64,000 bases of DNA from Azolla caroliniana (lineage: Eukaryota; Plantae; Polypodiophyta): positions 9,672,001 through 9,736,000 of the forward strand of contig JBHGNT010000016.1 in NCBI GenBank assembly GCA_043228905.1, written 5' to 3'. Shown here piece after piece: positions 12,236 through 23,608 of this stretch. A model generated the notes under the pieces. That model saw only the letters and a program-made list of their open reading frames with translations, had not been told where the DNA came from and searched no databases. Each line of letters starts with the position of its first letter. The first letter of the stretch is position 1. Position numbers and translations under genes: made by a program.

Positions 12236-14709
12236 TGTCATCCGAGAAACGTATTCCTAAACTAACGAGAGCATCAAATCTACTACACGAACTACCGGAT
12301 TTCCTTCCGAACCACGTAATACGTATTCGATTCTTAATTACATGCGTATGATTAATAGTTGAAACACATATGACAAGTACACAAAGGAGACAATAAGATT
12401 AACAACAAACTCTTTCTTAACTTGTATTACTTCCATAAGATTTATACATCGATCCAAATCCTTTTATATGCATCTGGTACATATTACAAAAGGGTGCCTT
12501 ACCAGCTACCTACTACTAATCAGTGCGGATCCGGATTGGTACAACTATCTGGATCCATCAGTTCCTATAAAATTATTAACTAATATTTACATTATTAATC
12601 TGATCCGACTCTTCTCCATCCACTCTTCTCCTTTGGATCATACTCTTAGGCCAACACATGGCACGCCTGTGGGATAGCGACATGCACGTCAAACCCACGA
12701 TTAGCTCCTTCAATCTTCATCGAGTATATCCAATATGCTTTGGTCCACGGGTTCAAGTGATTCCTCCTCTGTTTCTGTTCTCTGTTGTTGTTGCTCTTGT
12801 TCCAGCTCCTTCTCCGATCTCTTAGGCTCTGTTTCTAGCTATTGATCCGGTTGTGTCTCTGTCTCATTCACTTATTGCTGATGTTTCCATTGTTGTGTGG
12901 AAGCCTCTTTCTGTAGTTGTTGCTCTTCATCACAAATGTTTATCTGGTCCGCCTTTTGCTCCGCTTCCTTTTGTTGTCGCTCCTATTCATATCCGTCCAA
13001 CTCCAATGCGGTTTGGAGTTGGGCATCCTTGAATCCTTCGAGCAACCTTCAGATCGCGTCCATTTGTGCATCGGCCAGGGTCAAAAAATCGTCAGACAAG
13101 TCCTCCGCATGGTGGTAACACTAACTTCATCCATTTTGAAGAAATTATCTCCGCTCTTCTTCCAGTTCTTGGCATCATCTTGAAGAAGTTGAAGTTCAGC
13201 CGCATGCTTGGCCCATTTTCTCCAAATCGTCGTGGAGCACTCCTCCTTCTCTTTCATCTATTCCCGTTGAGCTCCGATTATGATCCGAATACACTTTATG
13301 CCCATCTTTCCTGTGTCCTCTGTCGCGTCTTTGTCCTTCTTTAGTTGCTATATTAACGTTGTCGTTGCCGCTTGTTGTTCTTGATATGCCATAATCTTGG
13401 TTTGGTAGTTCGTTTGTACCTTATCCAACATCATTTTCAACCGTTCCACCTCCTGATAATGCTACGACACCAGCTCCATCCTTTCCTTCACTGCTTCCTC
13501 TAACACCTTCGTCGTTGTTCTAGCATCAGCCGTCTGTATTCCATCAGCGCCTCCGTTTTCTCCTTCAGCTCTGCCGATCTTCCCGGTCCTTTTGTTGCCG
13601 GATTTCCTCCTTGAGCCTCTCAATTTCCGTTTCCACCATTCTGTAGAGTTTATCTTTTTCTTGCAGCAATACTCTCTTTTCCCTCCTTCAACCGGTCATT
13701 GTTGCTCTATGTCTTCCAAAGACTTTCCTCGATCCTCTGTTTTTCCTCCTCGACTGTCTTCCGTTGTTTTCTTTCTTTCTCTCTCAGTGTTGCTTGCACA
13801 ACCAACTCTTCCTTGAGCGCTTCGATTTCTTTCTTCCACTCACACTCATTCTTCAGTACCGTGCTAGCCACCAGTTTTGCTTCTTTCACCGGAGCCTCTT
13901 CTTGTGTTTTTTCCGGTTCGACCGGCTCCGTCCTTGTGTTGATTCCCTGGCCCATGTTAGCCATAATGATTATTAATTCCTTGGCCCTTGCCAACTCTTC
14001 TTCTAACATCTGGATCTGATTCCGGGCCTTCTCCAATTCCTCGATTGGTTGTTACAACTCTTTCGTTTGGGTTAGTCCATTTTCACTTTTCCATCCTTGT
14101 TGTTCTGCTTCCACCCAGTTAGCCATACCGGAAACCTATTCTCCCATTCATTTTTACCATTGTTGGCAGGTTCCGTGTTGTGTGAGGTTAGCGAATTGTT
14201 GTACTGCTTCTGACCTTTCTCCCTGCTATGCCACTAAGCTTTGTATTACCGGTTCTTCCCTTACCTATTTTGGTTCTGGCCTCTCTACCACATTCTAGTG
14301 ATGGTGCGTTGGACCCGGTTGTACTGCTCGTTCTTTCTCTAGTTCCGGTGGAACCCTCTCAATCGTTTTAGGTTTCTCCTTATTAGTACGCTCGACCGGC
14401 CTTGGCTCTACCACCGTTGAGCGGGTGATCGTTACACTGTCCTTTTCTGGACCGGATCCATCCCCATACTCCTCCATGTGACGTGTTCTAGGAGGATTTT
14501 GAAGAGGTTCATCTTCGTCTTCCAACTCCTCGTCTTCTGAGTCTCCTGGTGTGCCGTCTCCGCTTGTACTGACCGCTCTTGCTCTCTATCCTACCTTCGC
14601 CGCTTTTTTTTAATGGGATTTGTTGGCCTTGCCAGTTCCTCTCTTCTAGGCTCCAGAACTGGTTCTGCTTATCGGGATGCCTCTCCTGTCCATCTGGGGG
14701 TATGCTATG
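12236..14709 (+). mobile_element. LTR element, probably Tat/Retand-like Gypsy derivative: LTR 12236-12656, Arg PBS, internal region with only an antisense ORF
   Basis: TGTCA...CAACA LTR followed by tggcacgcctgtggga (12659-12674), complementary to the 3' end of plant tRNA-Arg(TCT). A G-run (14696-14700) is a candidate PPT. No gag or pol motifs were seen. Confidence 0.65.
12700..14693 (-). pseudogene. Degenerate long coiled-coil (E/K/Q-rich) antisense ORF
   Basis: ATG at 14693, then ORF pieces 14295..14525 and 13707..14036 (EELARAKE, EKERKQRKTVEEEKQRIEE). The strong plus-strand C/T skew continues to about 12700, with many TAG/TGA stops. Confidence 0.65.
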
Positions 14710-16870
14710 TATTACCGATTAGGAACACTGTCTATGCTTAGTCCTTCGGGGTAGACCTCAAGGTGACCGTGTTACAAGGAATAGAACCTTTGTACCGCAA
14801 ATCGTAATGGGATACTCCCTCGTATCCTAGTAGTGTATAAGGGAGACAGCTACAACCGAATTCCTTAGGAAGTGCACTAGTATCCGCACTTACGCCTACA
14901 CCCTTACGATTAACTGTACGCAACAGAGAAACAAAGAACGCAACAGAGATGAGAGAAGATAGTATCCTATTAGAAAAACGCTCTATACTCCAAAATTACA
15001 TGCTACCTCTTACAGAGGATTTCTGCCCTTTAGAGACATAGGGTTTTTAGCCGTTCACACTTCCCGCGTGAACCGTTACATTCATTTCTTAACACTTTAC
15101 TATATTATACTATTTCTGCGCTTCTGTCCGTCAGTTACAATTCCGGCGGACAACACCTGGCACGCCTATGGGACAGTGCCATGACACGTCGGACCCATCC
15201 CTCTATTCTTCCTCCAAAAAGTCCCGGATGTTTGGTTCTGCTCCTACGTACTGGTCCGGGGACGGCGTAGTGCCCGTAGGCACGTTGTTGCTCGGTTGCA
15301 TTTCTTGTACTTGCCCAGTCGTCGTGGGAGTTTCCATGGCGTCAACTTCTCCCTGTGTGGGCAGACCCGGCTTTGTTGGCTCATTCCGTTCTACTGTGGC
15401 TGGCTCTTCCGTCTACGGGTTCTTGGTAGGCTGAGGCTCTGTCCTGTCTGTAACTTCCTTAATGTTGTCGGTCGTAGTTGTCATCTCCGGTGAATTAGGC
15501 TGAGGTTCCTCCTATTCGGCAGTATCGCTATCTGGTATCACGATGGGCTCCGCTCCTTGCCACGTGTTGCCTGCTTCCATGATTCGGAGAAACATATCCT
15601 CCTGACTTTCGCCGAAATCTTCAATAGTTGCGTGAGTTCCTCAGAATGCTAGTCCACTAGTGTGCGATAATCCGATGCTAGGTCCTCGCGTACTGCCGCA
15701 ATGCCTTCCTCATTGAGTTTGTAGAAACCTCAGCCTTCTTTCCTATGGTTCTCCCAGTCCGCCCGGTAGGTATGCAACTCCACCACTTGTGTTGCCCACG
15801 CCATCCAGCCTTTGTCGAGCGCCGCTTGTAATTGTGTCGTAAACCCCTCCCGATTTGTTTGAAGAAGTATGCGCATGTTGTCAGTTATTACTTGGCAGCG
15901 GTTTTGTGCTTCTTGCAGGGTTTTTTTGAGGTTTTTTATTTCTTGCTTATTAACCACAGCCACTTCCTCATAATGGTTCTTCATCTCCTCCCATATTTGA
16001 GATTCTTTCAAGTGTAATTCCTCCAGCTAGCCCATTTCATTGTTCAGGCGGACTTCGACCTGATGCCTCACCTCTTGTTCTCGTACGAGCTGCTTGTCGT
16101 ACCACGCTTTCTTCTTTTCCAATAACACCCGGAGTCCTTCGATCGCCGCTTTTCACTTTTGGCCTTCCTCACGTAGTTTGGTGTTTTCTTCTTTCGTGCG
16201 GTTGTGCGTTGCTGCCTCTGCTTTGAGTTTCTCTTCGAGTGCCTTCACTGCCTTTTGGCCTTTGGCCCGGATGTCCTTTTCTCTGTCGGAGGATTGGCAG
16301 AGTTTGGAGCAGAGGCGGTCAATCTTGAACTCCACCAATTGCGTAGCCCTTTTTGCCTTAGCACCGATGGCCTGTTGTGCGGCAATCTCCTCTTGTAGGG
16401 TTATCGAGGGGTCCTTACCCACGACTGGTTCGGGATTTTGTGGTGCCCTAGTGACCCTGTGTTTGAGCTCCATAATGCGCTCTTGGGCCTTCTGTAATTG
16501 GGCTTGAGTCAACTTGACTGTTTTCCACACGTTTTTATTCTTGCTAGCCATATCCTTGGCCCCCACATTCACTCTAGCCAATTCCCGATGTACCTCGACC
16601 AGGGCCGCATTTGACCAGGACTTTGCTTTCTGCCGTGAGTACGCCTTTCCCACTCTATGACTGGGCCGTAATGATCGGTCGTGGTTCCTGGATTATTTCT
16701 AAAGTGGTGTTGGGCTCCGTAGTTGCGGAACTGTCGACCAAGGTGGTGGTGTCTGTGTCCGCGGTTGTGTCTTTGACTAGTCTGCGCCCATCTTTCTTGT
16801 CCACCCTACGCCGTTTTGGCCTCGGGCTTTCTTGGCGTTGCTCGGCTTCCTGCTCCTGCGGGGCTATTGT
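14710..16870 (+). mobile_element. Second Arg-primed LTR element: LTR 14710-15155, PBS 15158-15174, antisense coiled-coil ORF, cut at 16871 by a later insertion
   Basis: The LTR matches the solo LTR at 10013-10481 in reverse complement, and is followed by PBS tggcacgcctatgggac. Minus-strand ORF pieces 15730..16011, 16153..16653 and 16655..16870 are coiled-coil-like and include an NLS-like PRPKRRR. Confidence 0.75.
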
Positions 16871-18342
16871 TGTATGATTTAGGGTTAGGGTTAATGGTAA
16901 TGATGATTGGTAATGGAGATGGTGTGTTTGATGAGGATGATGAACGTTATGGGATTGATGGTGAGAGAGGCGACAAGCATTGGGAAGTATTGTGGGGTGG
17001 GGGGTGGTGCCTACAATGGCTCCAACCCCCTCCCAAGGGGGTTCAATGTTGTCATGACGATTTTCGGCTACGGTGTGAAACCGTGTGAGACGAATAAACC
17101 AAGGATGTGGAACATTGCACATGCACTTAGCAAATAAGCGTAAGGCCTAGTGGCACTTGAGTTCATACAGAGGGGTCCAAGCAAGGTTTGAACCTTGCAC
17201 CTCTAAGATACAAGATGTTTGCCTTACCACTAGGACAACTATCATATAGTGTAAATTTTATGTATTTCCTTTACATATATGAATTATAGACGAGACAACC
17301 ATAGAAAACCATGTGCACAAAACCATGGTTCTAAACCCATGGATTGTGCATGTCATAAGCAAAACCGTGTCCCCAAAAACCACGGTTCTAAACCCATGGT
17401 TTTGTGCATGAAGAGAGCTATAAAAACCCTAATGGAGCTTATGTAAAGGGGAGCTCAATATGTGATATCACCAACACCACTAACATCAATATAATTATAT
17501 TCAACTTTATCTTCTTCATATTTTTCTACTTCTCAAGTGTACAATCTTTCTTCTTCTCAAGTGAACAAATTTCATCCAATCTTACATTGATCATCATCTC
17601 TTCGATAATTCCGCGAACGTCCTCCCCAGTCCAAGACCCCGGTGGTCGCTCGAGTAGCACACGCACGCGCAAATCTTTGCCACATCATTTGGTGAACCCG
17701 ATGTGAAGAGCAGCAGGGGAGGACGAAGATGGATGGCGAATATCTCATGGAGGCAATGTCAACAAGGATGATGGAGTTTCTGAGAGAAGGCAAAAGACGA
17801 AATGAAGCCCAACAAGCCGTCGAGAGGGTACTTGACCGAGTGAGCTATTTCAACAGCGCCGAAGTCCAAAGTTTTCTAAAAGTCTGCAATACGGAGATGG
17901 ATTCAAGAGGTGTGGACGAAGCTATGAGGCTAGAGTACTTTTGTCGGGTGGTGTTTCAACCGATCTTCAAAGATGTAAAAGAGCTTCTAGAAGCTCATGA
18001 TTCGTGGACGACTTTCGAGAAGGCTCTATTGGAGGAATATGGCTATGAGAGACTGAACAGACGAGATCGACGCAACTTCGACCAATGGGTGACGTCAGCG
18101 AAGACGCACCAAGGTGCGACACAAGCATTCGTAGACTTCAAGCGTCGTTTTTCTCAACTCTCGGAGCAGGAACAAAGATTGGTGGGGGTCGATAAGGTTC
18201 TTATGTTCATGAAGTCAATCGATTGAATGGAAAGTATGGCCATCAGTCTCAAACTTGAAGAAGATGACGGTGCAAATGGCCTCATCGAGGATTGGAACAA
18301 AGTGGAAAGTGTATGCCGACTACACGATAAGGGGCGAGCGAG
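16871..18342 (+). mobile_element. tRNA-Trp-primed Gypsy (Phygy/Selgy-like): 5' LTR 16871-17687, PBS 17690-17706, gag start 17729-18342
   Basis: TG...CA LTR with PBS tggtgaacccgatgtga (complement of tRNA-Trp 3' end). The gag fragment resembles the gag at 51156-51950. Confidence 0.8.
17172..17243 (-). promoter_or_regulatory. tRNA-like Pol III A/B-box module inside an LTR
   Basis: Minus strand reads TGTCCTAGTGGTAAGG ... GCAAGGTTCAAACCTTGC (B box in a hairpin) at tRNA-like spacing. Confidence 0.6.
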
Positions 18343-18347
18343 TGTCA

Positions 18348-18414
18348 TGATATGGCAAGACTTGAACCCATGACCTTATGTTATATGGGTCGAGCTCTTG
18401 ACCATTATACCATC
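18348..18414 (-). promoter_or_regulatory. tRNA-like Pol III A/B-box module at the LTR 5' edge (also about 23294-23360)
   Basis: Minus strand reads TGGTATAATGGTCAAGAGC ... GGGTTCAAGTC. The 3' LTR copy has GGGTTCGAGTC. Confidence 0.6.
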
Positions 18415-18487
18415 TATTGTAATACATAAAATATTATTTTCATTTAAGTTTTATTATAGGAAATTAATGTATATTCCAGATTTCTCT

Positions 18488-18533
18488 GGAACATTCTAGA
18501 AGCTTCAGGATTACTCCTGAGAACGCTATAAAA
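18488..18533 (+). promoter_or_regulatory. Perfect heat-shock element followed by a TATA box in the LTR (repeated in the 3' LTR at about 23428-23473)
   Basis: gGAAcaTTCtaGAAgcTTCa (four alternating nGAAn units), then TATAAA at 18527. Confidence 0.6.
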
Positions 18534-18845
18534 GAAGGCACTAGGCATTATTTTGAACCAAATTGGTTCAACGCCAATCTTAAGCCTTATAGCCATCTTG
18601 TACTTACTCTTCCTATAATATATCATCTGTTATCATCATCTCTCTCTCTCTCTCTCTCTCTCACTTCTTCTCTTTCCTCCCTCTCGAGAGTCTTACGCAG
18701 TCCCGTCCTCTTAGTACTAATAGTACTTCCCTTCTCTAGTACTAATTCTCTCTCTGTTTTAGTACTATTCCTGATAGTTTGAACCAATTTTTCCTCTCTA
18801 GTCTTTCTTTTGGTTTCCCTCATCCTCTTATCCTTTTTCTATACA

Positions 18846-21800
18846 ATGGCTTCTGTTAGCGCCCAAGAATTCCAATCCGTTTTCTCTGAGCTACAATGTC
18901 TAAACGAAAAATTTGTTGCCTTGGAACAAGAAAACCAATGGTTGTTAGGGGATCTTCAACAAATCGCCCTAGAAAAATAGCAAACACAGCAACAACATGG
19001 GGAGTTAGCGCTACGTGTGCAACAACTCGAAGCAGCGTTGCAACAACAAGGATCAAGTCCCCACGGATTTCATAAAGAGCCCAAGATTGGACTTCCTATG
19101 AAATTTGATGGAACACAATCGCAATTTAGGGGATTCCTCAATCAGGTACGCTTAGTCATTCAAATGCATCCTTCTCGATATCCCACTTATGCATCCCAAG
19201 TCGGCCTAATAGGCATGTTGCTTAGCGGCTTAGCCTTGGCATGGTTTGCTCTGCTTCTGGAAAAACAATCGCCCTTACTTAATAACTTTGAAGACTTTAT
19301 TAGTGATTTTAAAGCTTGCTTTGGAGATACAGACAGCATCCGGATGGCGATCAACAAAATCCGACGATTGCGTCAAGGCGATCGTCCAGCCTCTGCCTAC
19401 GTTGCGAATTTCCGTCTACTTGCTTCAGATATCCCCTGGGATGATCATGCACTAATGGAGAAGTTTCGTTATAGCCTGCGAAACGATGTCAAAGATCTAC
19501 TTCTAACCTTCCTCGAAGAACCAAAGTCTCTTACGGAGGCAATCAGTCGAGTGGTCCGATGTGATAATCGCCTTTTCGAACGGCGTTCGGAACGTCAATT
19601 ACAAATACCACGCTCTAGGCTGGAGCCCACTTACGCCTGAGTCGCGGCTAAACCGTTTGCACGAGACATACCTCAAGAAAATACTCCGACACCGATGGAG
19701 ATCGACACCATGCATCGTCGTGGCCCGTTATCAGAAGAAGAAAAGCAACGACGACGTGCAAATCGATTATGTCTTTATTGCAGTGGACCAGGGCATATCG
19801 CAATCAATTGTCCCCATAGGCCAAGAAGACAGGTAAATCAAATCGTAGCCTGTACTAAACCCGAGTGAATTCTTCCCTTAGGAGTGTCTGATAGTATTAA
19901 TAATACTAATAAAGTGTCTGATAGTATTAATAGTACTAATAGCCCAAGTATCTCAATCAAATTTGAAATCCTTAGTCAATTAGATGAAGAGTTAAACGAT
20001 TGAGTCCAGCCAAAATAGGAGTCGTTTGGTTGGACAGCCCTAGATCTGTATAGCCCATTAGTGGTTCCATTCCCTCCAAGCAAGTTAGCAATGTGTTCCT
20101 AGCCCAAGTCATGGTTAGTACTAAAAGTACTCCCCCAGTACACGTCCTAGCACTTCTAGATTCCGGAGCTAATTCTTGTTTTATGGATTGAAATTTTGCC
20201 CAAGCTTCTCATATATCCTTAAGAAAACTTCCTTGCCCCGCATTTGTAGTAGTCATTGATGGTCGTCCCATTGCTTCCGGGAATATTGTAGAAGAGTCAG
20301 AACCCATTCAAGTTGTCCTAGGTAGTTTTGTGTGTGTAGTAGCATTTAATATAATTAGTAGTCCAGAGCATCCCATTGTCCTGGGATTACCTTGGTTTGA
20401 ATTACATAATCCAGACATAGATTGGAGAACATGAGAAGTCTGACATCGACAAACCCAAGAATCTACTCATCGAGTTTCGACCATTTCACTACGTCAATTA
20501 TGCGAAGAAGGACACAAGGAGGCACTATTAAGGAGGAATCCTTAGTACAACTTTCGGCGAAATATTATCCTTATGCCGATGTATTTGACAAGGTAAAAGC
20601 CGATACTCTTCCTCATCATTGTCCCTATGATTGTCCCATCGATTTACAACCAGGAGCAGAGCCACCATGGGGACCAATTTACAACTTGTCACCCATCGAG
20701 TTAGAAGTCCTTCGAGCCTACATAGAGGAAAACTTGGCAAGCGGGTTTATTCGTCATTCGAAATCTCCGGTCGGTGCACCCATCTTCTTTGTCAAGAAGA
20801 AATATGGCTCACTTCGTCTCGTCGTTGATTACCACGGCTTGAATAGAGTCACCATCCAGAATAGGTATGCACTTCCTCTTATATCAAGTCTTTTAGAGCG
20901 AGTTAATGGTGCCAAGTTTTTTACAAAAATTGATCTACGAGGAACATATAACCTCATGCGGATCCGACCAGGAGATGGATGGAAGACCGCCTTTCGCATG
21001 CGGTATGGGAATTTTGAATATATTGTTATGTCGTTCGGTCTAACCAATGCACCCGCAGTCTTCCAACACATGACAAATCATATATATTTAGAGACCTCTT
21101 GGATATCTGTTTGATCATCTATCTAGATGATCTATTGATTTATTCGAAGACCTAGGAAGAGCACGATTCTCATGTACTATTAGTACTAAAACAACTCCGT
21201 GAGAATGGTCTTTATGCCAAGCTAGAAAAATGTAGCTTTGACTGCAAGCAAGTGGAATTTCTAGGCTACGTCATCTCCTCAAAGGGCATCTCCATGGATC
21301 CAGCTAAAGTCCAAACTGTGCTAGAGTGGCAAATTCCACGGTCGGTACGAGATGTACAATGTTTTCTTGGTTTTGGTAACTTCTACCGCAAGTTTATACA
21401 GGATTACTCGAAGATTATTTTACCTCTCACACAACTTACAAAGAAGGGACAAGCATTTCTTTGGTCCAATGAAGATTATTTCTTAGAGGGCTCTCCACAT
21501 CAGGTCATCATCTTTAGTGATCACAAAAACCTTGCTTATTTCCAAAATGCTCAGGTGCTAAATCGACGGCAAGCTCGGTGGGCTCAATTCCTCACGCATT
21601 TTGACTTCAAAATCACATATCGACCGGGGAAGCAGCAAGGAAAAGCAGATGCACTATCACGACGTTCATATCTTGCACCTCATCCTGGTGATCCAGCGTT
21701 TGATAATCTAAAGCAAGTAATCTTGGGACCAACACGATTGCACACAATCCGGATTTTTCACACCCCAATGGATTCCCAGATTACCGATGCCATACGTGCG

Positions 21801-23296
21801 TACTTGAAGACAGACAGTTTTGCTCAAGACATTTTGGCGCACATTGATACCCCTCGGGCATCCTGTTCCCAATCTCAACAACCAGGTATGGACTACCGAA
21901 AATTCGAATATCATGATGGTTTGTTATTCTTTAAAAAGCTTATATATGTCCCCGATTGCTCCTATCATCTTCAAATCGTCCAAAATTGCCACGACACCCA
22001 TACGGCGGGACATTTCGGTAGTACTAAGACATTGGATCTCGTTCAACGATATTTTTGGTGGCCCCATATGTGACGTTTTGTCGACGACTACATTTAGACT
22101 TGTGATGCTTGCTGCCGAGCAAAGATGCCCCGACACCATCCATATGGCTTGTTGGAACCCTTACCGATTCCAAGTAATCCATGGCAGTCTATTTGTCTTG
22201 ATTTTATAAAAGATCTGCCGGTGTCAAAGGGGTTCGATGCTATCTTAACCGTCGCCGATCGATATACTAAGATGGCACATTTTGTGCCGTGTACTAGGCC
22301 ATCACTAGCGAGGAAACCGCCGCCCTTGTCATACGTGAGGTATTTCGGCATCATGGCCTTCCAGATAGTATCATCAGTGACCGAGGACCCCAATTCGTCT
22401 CCAAATTTTGGCAGCATCTCTTCACGATGCTCAAGGTCTCTTGCAACCTCTCCTCCGGCTACCATCCCCAGACAGATGGGCAGGCGGAACGAACAAACCA
22501 AACGCTGGAACAATATCTCCGGTGTTTTCTGAGTTATCAACAAGACGATTGGGCCGAGATTCTCGACTTTACGGAGTTTTCATATAATAATGTTGTTCAC
22601 TCCTTGACTCGAGTCTCCCCATTTTACGCTTATACCAGTTCTCATCCTCGCTGGTCGGTGATTGACACCCCAGAGCTACCTACTAATCCTCGAGCCGAGG
22701 ATCATTTGGAGAGGCTACGCAAGATCCAGATGGATCTCTCTACTCATCTTCGTCATGCTCAACACACACAAAAGACTTATGTGGATCATCATCGGCTTCC
22801 CTCCTCTTTTGCCATCGGAGATCGAGTATGGCTCTTACATCATCACATCAAGACTACTCGACTATGCGACAAGTTGGATTATCGACGACTCGGTCCTTTC
22901 CGTATTACTAGTAAAGTTAATGATGTCACATTCCGCCTTGATCTCCCTCCGCATCTTCAGATCCATCCGGTTTTCCATAGCTCTCTTCTTGAACCATATA
23001 AAGCAAACATTATTCCCGATCGTGTTACACCACCACCGCCCCCGCTTGAGTTGGAAGCCGGCCCGGAGTATGAAGTTGTTGCCGTCCTCGATTCCAAACT
23101 TGTTCGCAACAAACTTTATTATTTGGCCGATTGGCTCAGCTATAGTCCGAGCGAACATACTTGGGAACCCGTCGAGCATGTCACCAATGCTCAGGATCTT
23201 CTTGTTGAGTTCTACCGAAAGTATCCGGACAAACCCGGTCCGCAATCAGCGTCGACTCGTTCCACTCGTCGTTGTAAGGGAGAGATAGTGTCATGA
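18846..23296 (+). pseudogene. Tcn1-like gag-pol with chromodomain (stops, frameshifts, deletion of RNase H N-part)
   Basis: [78 protein letters not shown] and GPF motifs. Ends in chromodomain EYEVVAVLDSK...YLADWLSY...TWEP. Confidence 0.93.
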
Positions 23297-23608
23297 TATG
23301 GCAAGACTCGAACCCATGACCTTATGTTATATGGGTCAAGCTCTTGACCATTATACCATCTATTGTAATACGTAAGATATCATTTAAGTTTTGTTATAGG
23401 AAATTAATGTATATTCCAGATTTCTCTGGAACATTCTAGAAGCTTCAAGATTACTCCTGAGAACACTATAAAAGAAGGCACTAGGTATTATTTTGAACCA
23501 AATTGGTTCAAAGCCAGTCTTAAGCCTCATAGCCATCTTGTACTTACTCTTCCTATAATATATCGTCTGTTATCATCATCTCTCTCTCTCTCTCTCGTCC
23601 TTATTATC

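Larger units (their letters stand above)
18343..23596 (+). mobile_element. Ty3/Gypsy chromovirus, Tcn1-like. 5' LTR 18343-18776, 3' LTR 23289-23596 (truncated)
   Basis: Direct LTRs start tgtcatgatatggc, with PPT aagggagagatag at 23276-23288. There is no tRNA PBS, but an 11-nt self-complementary PBS is present. Confidence 0.9.

Noticed and set aside
12700-16870. Host myosin/SMC-like coiled-coil gene
   Set aside because: No introns, many stops, and each ORF sits directly behind an LTR plus PBS.
16878-16892. Interstitial telomere
   Set aside because: Only two repeat units, located at the start of an LTR.
18691-18720. LTR end at 18699 with a missing PBS
   Set aside because: An end at 18776 fits better, because it gives inverted termini and an adjacent self-priming 11-mer.
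19884-19942. 30-bp tandem duplication between gag and protease as a recoding signal
   Set aside because: A simple two-copy duplication in a degenerate element, with no supportable slippery site or structure.
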